A stretch of DNA of 64,000 nucleotides from Armatimonadetes bacterium CG2_30_59_28 (GTDB lineage: Bacteria; Armatimonadota; Abditibacteriia; CG2-30-59-28). Positions 28,191 through 36,049 of this stretch are shown here, in pieces. Where the stretch lies: positions 5,100-69,099 of the forward strand of contig MNXM01000153.1 in assembly GCA_001872605.1 (NCBI GenBank), read 5' to 3'. The stretch's first letter is position 1. Each line of letters begins with the position of its first letter. Made by a program: the position numbers and the translations under genes. A model generated the notes under the pieces. The model was given only the letters and a program-made list of their open reading frames with translations, was not told the origin of the DNA and did no database searches.

Positions 28191-29222
28191 GTGTCCTTGC
28201 GCAGAAAACAGACTGATTCACATAACCCACAAAAGTCGACGGAACTTCCAGCACTGGTGGACGGCCATGCGGGCGACCCCAACGGCAACGGTGGAGATGC
28301 AGGACGTAAGACCTGCGAATTTAGCCACACCGCGCCTGATCCCAATCCACATTTCGCGGATACACAAGGGACAAAGGACGTTCTCTTCCTGGACTCCGGC
28401 ACCGGCGTTTATGATCAGTGGTCCCGCGAGCTCAGCAAACGTCCCTTGTTGTCACGCGAGGATGAAGTTCGGCTCGCCAAACTGGTGGAAGCAGGCGATG
28501 ACGACGCCCGCGCGCGCTTCATCGAGTCCAACCTCAAGCTTGTCGTGAGCATCGCCAAACGCTACCGTGGCTGTGGAGTACCCATGGAAGACCTCATTCA
28601 GGAAGGCAACCTTGGGCTGATCAAGGCGGTTGACCGTTTTGACTACCGCAAAGGGTGCCGTTTCAGCACATGCGCGGTAACGTGGATTGAGGGGCAGATT
28701 CGTCGAAGTATCGCGAACCTGAAACACAATATCCACCTGCCCTTGCGAGTGGTGGCTGAGCTGAGAAAGATCAACCGAGTGGTTGACACGCTCTCCCATC
28801 GTCTGGGACGTCAACCAAGCGCGGAGGAAATTGCGTCTACCTTGGAGGCCCCGGCGGAACACGTCAAGGACATGCTCTCCCTGCCCGCCGACGCAGTTTC
28901 ACTCGATGCAGCGCTCGATGAGGACTTAGACAAGTTCCTCGGCGACGTCATCGAGGATGCTGAGGCCGTGTTCCCCGATGACGCCTTGCTGGTGGAGCAG
29001 AACCGTCGTGAAATCAACGAAGCCGTGGCCAAGCTTCCGCCTCGCCACCAAACGGTCGTCAGAATGCGATACGGGTTGGGAGGCGAGAAGGAGCACACAC
29101 TTGAGGAGATCGGACAGAAGCTGAACCTCACCCGACAACGTGTCTGGCAGATCGAGACCGCCGCTCTGAAGAAGATTGAGTGTCTCGATTGCGACCACCT
29201 GCGCCAGTATCCCAACAATTGA
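28191..29222 (+). CDS. Sigma-70 family RNA polymerase sigma factor (RpoD/RpoS-like regions 1.2-4) with atypical region 2.3-2.4
   Basis: PLLSREDE, ESNLKLVVSIAKRY, DLIQEGNLGLIKAVDRFD, TLEEIGQKLNLTRQRVWQIE; start uncertain. Confidence 0.9.
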   Translation: MSLRRKQTDSHNPQKSTELPALVDGHAGDPNGNGGDAGRKTCEFSHTAPDPNPHFADTQGTKDVLFLDSGTGVYDQWSRELSKRPLLSREDEVRLAKLVEAGDDDARARFIESNLKLVVSIAKRYRGCGVPMEDLIQEGNLGLIKAVDRFDYRKGCRFSTCAVTWIEGQIRRSIANLKHNIHLPLRVVAELRKINRVVDTLSHRLGRQPSAEEIASTLEAPAEHVKDMLSLPADAVSLDAALDEDLDKFLGDVIEDAEAVFPDDALLVEQNRREINEAVAKLPPRHQTVVRMRYGLGGEKEHTLEEIGQKLNLTRQRVWQIETAALKKIECLDCDHLRQYPNN

Positions 29223-29296
29223 GAGCTTCTTACACGCCTCGTCTCCCGCGCATGGCCAACCGGCAAAGGCCTTTAGGCCACCGCGCCCTCGCACAC

Positions 29297-29325
29297 TTGA
29301 CGCTGCACCGACAAGTAATCAGAAT
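29297..29325 (+). promoter_or_regulatory. Possible sigma-70 promoter TTGACG-N17-CAGAAT for the Fe-S cluster genes
   Basis: Hexamers at 29297-29302 and 29320-29325. Confidence 0.4.
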
Positions 29326-29518
29326 GCGAATGAGTACCCATGACTCTACAGAAAATTTGGGCTATCCCCGCAGAACACGCGGAACCTTCAATACAGGTTG
29401 TTGGCTCGAAAGTGCTCCTCTCCTTCCGCGATTTCTGCGTATTCTGCGGGAGCTTTGATTTTTTCAGTGGACTCACCAATCCGTAACCAGGCCAACAGCA
29501 GAAAGCGAGCATTCACAC

Positions 29519-30613
29519 ATGTCACTTGAAGGAGAAAATACAAAGGAAGCCGTACTTCAGGCGCTATCGGAGATCACCGATCCGGCCTTTGACCAGAATA
29601 TCGTCGAACTTGATTACGTCCGCCACGTCCGAGCCTGCGGCGGGGTCGTGGCCTTTGATCTCGTATTGCCGACTCCCGCACATCCTCATCGAGCCATCCT
29701 TCAGGAAGCCGCCCGACAGCGGGTATCTGCTCTGCCCAGTGTGACACAGGTCAACGTGACGGTCGACGCCGAAGTGAGGAGCGCCACCCCAGGCCGGTCC
29801 GTTCCTTCCTCCGTCAAGAATATCATTGCTGTCGCCAGCGGCAAGGGCGGCGTGGGAAAATCTACCGTTGCAGCCAATCTCGCCCTCGCGCTTTCCCAAA
29901 CAGGGGCGCGGACGGGACTCATGGACGCCGACGTGTATGGTCCAAGCATTCCCATTCTGATGGGAGTTTCCCAACAACCGCAGATCTCCGCCTCGGAGAA
30001 GCTGCTTCCGCTCGTCAGCCACGGCGTAAAGCTCATGTCTATCGGCTTCCTGGCCGGCGACGGGGCTCCGGTCATCTGGAGGGGTCCCATGGTCAGCAAA
30101 CTCCTCCAGCAGTTTCTGAGTGACGTTGACTGGGGGGACCTCGACTACCTCGTGATTGACCTGCCACCTGGCACCGGCGACGCGCAACTGACGCTCTGCC
30201 AGACGGCAACGCTTTCCGGCGCGGTGGTTGTCACTACGCCACAGGAGGTAGCCCTCGAGGATGTGAACCGCGCGATCAACATGTTCGCGAAGGTGAATGT
30301 CCCTATCATTGGCATTGTGGAAAACATGAGCTATTTCGTTTGCAGGCATTGCGGGGAGCGTGAAGATATCTTTCTGCACGGCGGAGGACGCCGCGCGGCG
30401 GAATCGTTAGGAGTTCCCTTTCTCGGAGAAATTCCCATCGACCCACAGATATGTTCGGGAGGAGACAACGGCACTCCCATCGTCGTGCAGTATCCGGATT
30501 CGCCACAGTCGGTTGCCTTTTGCGGCATCGCCGCACAGGTAGCGGTCTCTCTAAGCCGCATGGCATCCGAAACTCCTGCGGAACCCGAGGACCTCCTGAG
30601 AGTGATCTCCTGA
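29519..30613 (+). CDS. mrp: Mrp/ApbC (NBP35-like) Fe-S carrier ATPase
   Basis: N-terminal DUF59-like domain, SGKGGVGKST, DADVYGPS, WRGPM, DLPPGTGD, CRHC. Confidence 0.93.
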   Translation: MSLEGENTKEAVLQALSEITDPAFDQNIVELDYVRHVRACGGVVAFDLVLPTPAHPHRAILQEAARQRVSALPSVTQVNVTVDAEVRSATPGRSVPSSVKNIIAVASGKGGVGKSTVAANLALALSQTGARTGLMDADVYGPSIPILMGVSQQPQISASEKLLPLVSHGVKLMSIGFLAGDGAPVIWRGPMVSKLLQQFLSDVDWGDLDYLVIDLPPGTGDAQLTLCQTATLSGAVVVTTPQEVALEDVNRAINMFAKVNVPIIGIVENMSYFVCRHCGEREDIFLHGGGRRAAESLGVPFLGEIPIDPQICSGGDNGTPIVVQYPDSPQSVAFCGIAAQVAVSLSRMASETPAEPEDLLRVIS

Positions 30614-30649
30614 AGCCACACTGCCCGAGCCTGACACGTGCGTGCAACC

Positions 30650-31858
30650 ATGACCTCACCGCCCAATCATCCCATCAGTTACCTCGACCACGCCGCAACC
30701 ACACCGATCGATCCGGCGGTGTTGCAGGCGATGCTTCCGTATCTGTCCAAGCAGTATGGCAATCCCAGCAGCATTTACCAGCTCGGCCGCGCCGCGCGGC
30801 AGGCCATCGAGGACAGCCGTGAGAGCATCGCCAGCTCCATCGGGTGCCGGCCCACGGAGGTCGTGTTCACCGGCAGCGGAACGGAGGCAGACAACCTTGC
30901 CATCAAGGGGATGGCCTGGGCACGATCGGAGCGAGGGAAGCACATCATCACTTCGTCTATTGAGCATCACGCCGTCCTCCACGCCTGTCAATCACTGAAA
31001 AAACGCGGATTCGAGGTGACGTATCTGCCCGTGGATCAGTATGGCATGGTCGATGTTGCCTCCGTCCACGCGGCGATTCGCCGAGACACGATCCTGATAT
31101 CCGTTATGCACGCCAACAACGAAATTGGCACACTGCAGCCCATTGAGGAGATCGGCGCGATTGCGCGTGAACACGATGTTCCGTTCCACACCGATGCGGT
31201 TCAGACATTTGGTCAGATCCCAACAAAGGTGAACGATATGGGGTGTTCCCTGATGAGCCTATCCGCTCACAAGATCTATGGTCCTAAAGGTGTCGGCGCA
31301 CTCTACGTTCGAAGAGGATGCCGACTCAGCCCTCTGCTGGACGGAGGAGGGCAGGAGAAGAACCGTCGGTCGGGGACGGAGAATGTCGCCGGCATTGTCG
31401 GCTTTGGCACGGCGGCAACACTCGCCTGCGAACGAATGAACGCAAACGAAGCCCAACGCATCCTCCTTCTGCGAACGAAGCTCGCTCAAGGGCTGGAGGC
31501 AAACATCCCGGATCTGCGCTTGAACGGCCATCCGGAGAAACGACTCCCGAACAACCTGAATTATTCCGTCCGTTTTCTCGAAGGTGAAGCGATGCTGTTG
31601 GGGCTGGACCTCCGAGGCATCTGCGCTTCCAGCGGATCTGCCTGCACATCGGGAAGCTTGGAACCCTCACACGTGCTCGCTGCCACACGCGTTTCGCGAG
31701 AGTGGGCGCGCGGAACCGTGCGATTCTCACTGGGGAAGGATAACACGGAGGCCGACATAGCCAGCGTGGTGGAGGTCTTCCCACCGATCATCAGCGAACT
31801 GCGCTCGCTGCAGACGCGCGGCAGAAAGAGAGACGACAGAGAGATCGTCGCATGGTAG
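30650..31858 (+). CDS. iscS: Cysteine desulfurase (IscS/NifS group I)
   Basis: YLDHAATT, GNPSS, HTDAVQ, SAHKIYGPKG, RSGTENV, SSGSACTS. Confidence 0.93.
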   Translation: MTSPPNHPISYLDHAATTPIDPAVLQAMLPYLSKQYGNPSSIYQLGRAARQAIEDSRESIASSIGCRPTEVVFTGSGTEADNLAIKGMAWARSERGKHIITSSIEHHAVLHACQSLKKRGFEVTYLPVDQYGMVDVASVHAAIRRDTILISVMHANNEIGTLQPIEEIGAIAREHDVPFHTDAVQTFGQIPTKVNDMGCSLMSLSAHKIYGPKGVGALYVRRGCRLSPLLDGGGQEKNRRSGTENVAGIVGFGTAATLACERMNANEAQRILLLRTKLAQGLEANIPDLRLNGHPEKRLPNNLNYSVRFLEGEAMLLGLDLRGICASSGSACTSGSLEPSHVLAATRVSREWARGTVRFSLGKDNTEADIASVVEVFPPIISELRSLQTRGRKRDDREIVAW

Positions 31859-31860
31859 AC

Positions 31861-31948
31861 TATACTCGTCACGGGTGAAAATACGCCTTGCCCCGAGCGT
31901 TCCGTTGTAGGGGATACAAGAGGTGGATTTCCACGGGCGACGAGTATA
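31861..31948. mobile_element. Small TIR element (MITE-like, 88 bp)
   Basis: Perfect 10-bp IR TATACTCGTC/GACGAGTATA extending imperfectly to 22 bp (18/22). Confidence 0.5.
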
Positions 31949-31993
31949 TACAGGCGCGTTCGTGCCGCGCCATAGTAGATTCCAGGAGGAGTG

Positions 31994-32593
31994 ATGGAAG
32001 AGACAACCGCAACCACCGAATTGTCCGCCACGGAAGCCGGAATGACCCTTATTGAGGAGCTGCCCGACGGCGGTCTATTCCTCGGAACGCTCGACACTGT
32101 CTTCAATTGGGCCCGGAAGTCGTCACTCTGGTACATGACCTTTGGGCTGGCCTGCTGTGCCATCGAGATGATGGCCACCGCTGCCTCGGACTTTGACTTC
32201 GATCGTTTCGGGATGATCCCGCGAGCCTCTCCCCGTCAGTCCGACCTCATGATCGTCTCAGGAACCGTCACTCTGAAGATGGCGACCCGAGTGAAGAAGC
32301 TCTATGACCAGATGCCTGAGCCGCGGTACGTTATCGCGATGGGAGCGTGCGCCACCTCCGGCGGCCCGTTTCGCGAAGCCTACAGTGTCCTTAATGGAGT
32401 CGACCGGGTGATCCCGGTGGATGTGTACGTGGCAGGTTGCCCGCCGCGCCCCGAGCAACTCCTCGATGGAGTGCTGCTTCTGCAGAAGAAGATTATGAGT
32501 CAGACGATGACCGCTCAACGCGGAGCGTCCCCTCTTGCGAAGCTGCTTTCCCGCAAGACCCAATGCAAGGCGTCGCCGCAAACGCAAGCATAG
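31994..32593 (+). CDS. nuoB: NADH-quinone oxidoreductase subunit B-like protein (orphan)
   Basis: [53 protein letters not shown]. Confidence 0.9.
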   Translation: MEETTATTELSATEAGMTLIEELPDGGLFLGTLDTVFNWARKSSLWYMTFGLACCAIEMMATAASDFDFDRFGMIPRASPRQSDLMIVSGTVTLKMATRVKKLYDQMPEPRYVIAMGACATSGGPFREAYSVLNGVDRVIPVDVYVAGCPPRPEQLLDGVLLLQKKIMSQTMTAQRGASPLAKLLSRKTQCKASPQTQA

Positions 32594-32629
32594 CCGACGC
32601 CTGGTGAACGCAAGGAGTGAACAATAACA

Positions 32630-32992
32630 ATGCTGACACTAACAGAAAAAGCTGCCGAGCATGTAAAAGGAATATTGGACAAACAGGATGGACCAGGCGC
32701 TGCCCTTCGCCTGTTCGTGAAAGGCGGAGGTTGTTCGGGATTGCAGTACGGCATGGCGATTGACCAACCCGGAGACGATGACAACGTATACGAGTTCTCC
32801 GGCGCCCGCGTGATGACCGACCATGACACCCTCCCCCTCATCGACGGTTCCGAGATCGACTATGAGGAGAATTTGATGGGAGGCGGGTTCAAGATATCGA
32901 ACCCGCAGGCGGTGCGTTCGTGTGGCTGTGGAACCTCTTTCCGTACCGCAGACACGAAGTCGGAAGGCGCGCCCTGCGGGTCACAGAATTAG
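32630..32992 (+). CDS. iscA: A-type Fe-S carrier (IscA/ErpA/HesB family)
   Basis: GGGCSGLQY, NPQAVRSCGCGTSF. Confidence 0.9.
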   Translation: MLTLTEKAAEHVKGILDKQDGPGAALRLFVKGGGCSGLQYGMAIDQPGDDDNVYEFSGARVMTDHDTLPLIDGSEIDYEENLMGGGFKISNPQAVRSCGCGTSFRTADTKSEGAPCGSQN

Positions 32993-33094
32993 GCGCTTGC
33001 AGTCGCAGTTCATTCGCTCCTGTTGGTGAGATTGAGCTCCCGGCCACAAGCCGTCAATCCATGTATCCACGTCGGCAAATGTCACAGTTACCAG

Positions 33095-33664
33095 ATGGCT
33101 GAACTCCAAATACGCTACCTCGGCGCCCCTGTTCTCCGCCGCAAAGCCAGGACTGTCGGAAGAATGACCTCCGACGAACAGAAGCTACTCGACGATATGG
33201 TCGACACCATGGTCGCGCGTGAGGGCATCGGTCTCGCGGCTCCGCAGGTGGGGATCGCAAAGCGGGCCATCGTAGCTCGACCGCCCGAGTGCGAGGTCAT
33301 CCAGCTCATCAATCCGGAGATTGTCGAGCGAACCGCGGAGACCGTTATCGGCACGGAAGGCTGTCTGAGCGTTCCCGGATTTCAGGGCGATGTCGAAAGG
33401 CATTTCGCGATTCGAGTGAAAGGAAAGGGCGCCGACGGCAAGCCCGTCGAGTTGGAGCTGCTGGACTTCCCTGCCCGTGTCATCCAACACGAGATTGACC
33501 ACCTTGATGGGAAACTCTTCATCGATCGAGCCATTCCCGATTCCCTGCAGTCAGTGGATTACGAAGACGACCCCGAGACCGGCGAAGAAACTGCCGTCCT
33601 GACACCGGTCACTTTGGAGGAGATCCGCCGCTTCTTCGCTCAACAAATGCGCACCTCCTCTTAG
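33095..33664 (+). CDS. def: Peptide deformylase
   Basis: GIGLAAPQVG, EGCLS, QHEIDHLDG. Confidence 0.95.
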   Translation: MAELQIRYLGAPVLRRKARTVGRMTSDEQKLLDDMVDTMVAREGIGLAAPQVGIAKRAIVARPPECEVIQLINPEIVERTAETVIGTEGCLSVPGFQGDVERHFAIRVKGKGADGKPVELELLDFPARVIQHEIDHLDGKLFIDRAIPDSLQSVDYEDDPETGEETAVLTPVTLEEIRRFFAQQMRTSS

Positions 33665-33694
33665 AGTGCCTATCAGTCACCGACATCCCTTGCC

Positions 33695-34555
33695 ATGCCA
33701 CTACTTGGAGCACACATGCCAACAGCCGGAGGGCTCTACCGCGCCGTCGAGCGCGGTGAAGCTATCGGCTGCGATGCCATCCAGATATTTACCCGTAATC
33801 CCAACCAGTGGGAGTCCAAGCCCCTGACCGACGCGGACATTCAGCGGTTTGCCGACGCGCTCGCGAAGTCCCGTGTCCGGGCCGTTGTTGCCCATGACGC
33901 TTATCTCATCAACCTCGCCGCTCCCGACCGAACCGTTCTCAAGAAATCCCTCATTGCCTTCCAGGACGAGATCGAGCGTTGCCACCTGCTTGGAATTCCG
34001 CACCTTGTCACCCACATGGGTTCACATATGGAGGCAGGAGAAGACAAAGGACTGCGACGCCTTTCCGACAGCATCGCGAAAGTCATCGGCAAGACGGCGA
34101 AGTCCTCCGTCCGCGTGCTCATCGAGACCACTGCCGGGCAGGGAACCGGGCTTGGTTACCGGTTCGAGCATTTGCGTACCGTCATGGACAACGTCAACCA
34201 GCCTGAACGACTCGGCGTGTGCCTGGACACCTGCCACATCTTCGCCGCCGGATACAACCTGCGCACACAATACGCCTACCGGAAGACCATGCGGAAGTTC
34301 GGCGAGATTGTCGGGGTTAACAATCTCTTTTGCATTCACGCCAACGACGCAAAGAAACTTTTCGGCAGCCGCGTCGACCGACACGCTCACATCGGTGAGG
34401 GCGAGATCGGCGCCGACGCGTTCCGCTTCCTCGTCAACGACCGCCGTTTCCGCAACACCCCTATCCTCCTCGAAACCCCCGAAGCGGAGGCAATGCACCC
34501 AGTGAACCTCCGCAAGCTGCGCGGGATGATTCGACGAACCCGCGGAACTGTATAG
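33695..34555 (+). CDS. nfo: Endonuclease IV
   Basis: LGAHM, QIF, HDAYLINLA, IETTAGQG, CLDTCHIFAAG, HANDA, DRHAHIGEG, LETP. Confidence 0.95.
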   Translation: MPLLGAHMPTAGGLYRAVERGEAIGCDAIQIFTRNPNQWESKPLTDADIQRFADALAKSRVRAVVAHDAYLINLAAPDRTVLKKSLIAFQDEIERCHLLGIPHLVTHMGSHMEAGEDKGLRRLSDSIAKVIGKTAKSSVRVLIETTAGQGTGLGYRFEHLRTVMDNVNQPERLGVCLDTCHIFAAGYNLRTQYAYRKTMRKFGEIVGVNNLFCIHANDAKKLFGSRVDRHAHIGEGEIGADAFRFLVNDRRFRNTPILLETPEAEAMHPVNLRKLRGMIRRTRGTV

Positions 34556-34610
34556 CGGAATGAACGGGTGATGGCGTTGCGGATGCGCGGGGAGAAAGTT
34601 CCCTCTACCC

Positions 34611-34759
34611 GTAACTGCTCAGCTACGATCGATTCACCGTGGAAAGACGCGGAAAGTACGCCGTTTCGCGTGTCACGTAACACTTCCGGCGTTGTTTCAG
34701 CGGAAACCAGGGCTATACATCCATGGTGGAAGAATCACATCACTGACCTGAGCAGTTAC
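34611..34759. mobile_element. MITE with 12-bp perfect TIR (GTAACTGCTCAG), 149 bp
   Basis: GTAACTGCTCAG at 34611-34622, CTGAGCAGTTAC at 34748-34759, CCC on both flanks. Confidence 0.7.
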
Positions 34760-34944
34760 CCCTGCCAATACAGCACCGTGCCGTAGATGATGGGGCACAT
34801 GCGTTCCCACGGCTGATCGGATACAAGCACCGCGTCGGGATACTTCTTCGGCTGGTGCCACACGCGGGAAACAAAGGTGGCGTCTTCGATCCACCGTTCA
34901 TCGAGGAAGAGCTGCGGGCAGGACGTGCCGGGGTTTTCGGACAT
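34756..34944 (-). pseudogene. 5' fragment of a beta-propeller glycosidase-like gene truncated by the MITE
   Basis: QLFLDERWIED...RVWHQPKKYPDAVLVSDQPWE...GTVLYWQG; stop TAA comes from the MITE TIR; no continuation beyond the MITE. Confidence 0.6.
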
Positions 34945-34999
34945 TACATTCGTTGCTCCCTTCGCTGGAGGCAGTTGTCACGCCGCAATGATAGCACAT

Positions 35000-35016
35000 C
35001 AAATCTGACTTGCACC
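35000..35016. mobile_element. Isolated TIR stub of MITE family A
   Basis: CAAATCTGACTTGCACC, identical to 17 nt of the family A terminus. Confidence 0.55.
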
Positions 35017-35175
35017 AAGCCAGCAGACTTGCATCTCCGACGTGCCGTATGAGACAATCCACCAGTGCTTCGCCGGTAACTGGGTGTTGTTGCCGAACTC
35101 GCGAAATTCGGGCGGACAGGCGCAACGACAATCAGGTGGTGATGCTCGCTATCCCGGGACAAAAGGAATTACCGT

Positions 35176-35544
35176 TTATTGACTTAGCTCACACGGGATT
35201 TACCTGAAGCATCGGAGGCACACCTGATTCTTCAGAATCAGGTTCCTGACACAGCGGAGGCACACCTGATTCTTCAGAATCAGGTTCCTGACACAGCGGA
35301 CTACGAACCGCCCTACCGCTGACCTCGCGCACCCTGACTTTCAAGTCTCGAACTCTGCGAGTTCGCGGGTTCCTGACACAATGGGCTGAGGACCGCTGCA
35401 AGAGCCAATTGTGTGAGCTACCGCCGGCTGACGCTCGGCGGTGTCTATGGACGACGCGGCAGGCTTCCCGTGTAGCCATTTGCATGAGTCTCCGCTGGCT
35501 GAAGCACAGCGGTGTCATGATAACCGTGTGAGCTAAGTCAATAA
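35176..35544. mobile_element. MITE with 21-bp perfect TIR (TTATTGACTTAGCTCACACGG), 369 bp
   Basis: IR at 35176-35196 and 35524-35544; no coding capacity; contains REP-like hairpins. Confidence 0.8.
35213..35300. repeat. Tandem duplication of a 42-bp hairpin unit
   Basis: CGGAGGCACACCTGATTCTTCAGAATCAGGTTCCTGACACAG x2; 10-bp perfect stem ACCTGATTCT/AGAATCAGGT. Confidence 0.9.
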
Positions 35545-35610
35545 GCATTATGACAAATAGCGAGGATAGATGCAAAACAGAAGGCGATGGATAAGACGGT
35601 AGCGCGCGGC

Positions 35611-36048
35611 TTAGTCCGAACCGTCCCCGAGCGGCGGACCCTCGACGGGAACTTCCTCCACCTGCATCTCCAGGAATCGGTTACACTTGGGACACGCCGC
35701 TGGCTGGCCTTTCTCTATGTCGGGATGCGACGGGCAGAAGTAGATGTCCTCCGTGCCACTGGGGACATCGGCGACGAGGTACTTGCCGCATTCCGGGCAC
35801 TTTCCTGGATCGATGCTCAGTACCTGCGAATGCCTGAGACACCTTTACTTAATGCGATCCAATTCAGGATCGGGCTTGGCCTTACTGTTCGCAGGCTCAT
35901 CTTGCGCTATTGGCGTTGGATTCCGTTGGATGGAAGGTGGAGTGCGAGATGCGTCGCCGCCGGTCTCTCCAGGTCGCGACGCGCATCCGTTTATCAAGAG
36001 ACCTGCGCCGCACAGCGCGAGCGTCGCAAACAAATGCCCGTGGATCAT
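35611..36048 (-). pseudogene. Heavy-metal-binding-domain (HMBD x2) lipoprotein with one in-frame TAA
   Basis: Lipobox INGC; after TAA (35845-35847) the frame continues RCLRHSQVLSIDPGKCPECGKYL...YFCPSHPDIEKGQPAACPKCNRFLE to TAA at 35611. Confidence 0.8.
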
Positions 36049-36049
36049 C

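Noticed and set aside
35845-35847. Selenocysteine/pyrrolysine recoding of the internal stop
   Set aside because: The codon is TAA, not TGA/TAG, and it aligns with a conserved Tyr.
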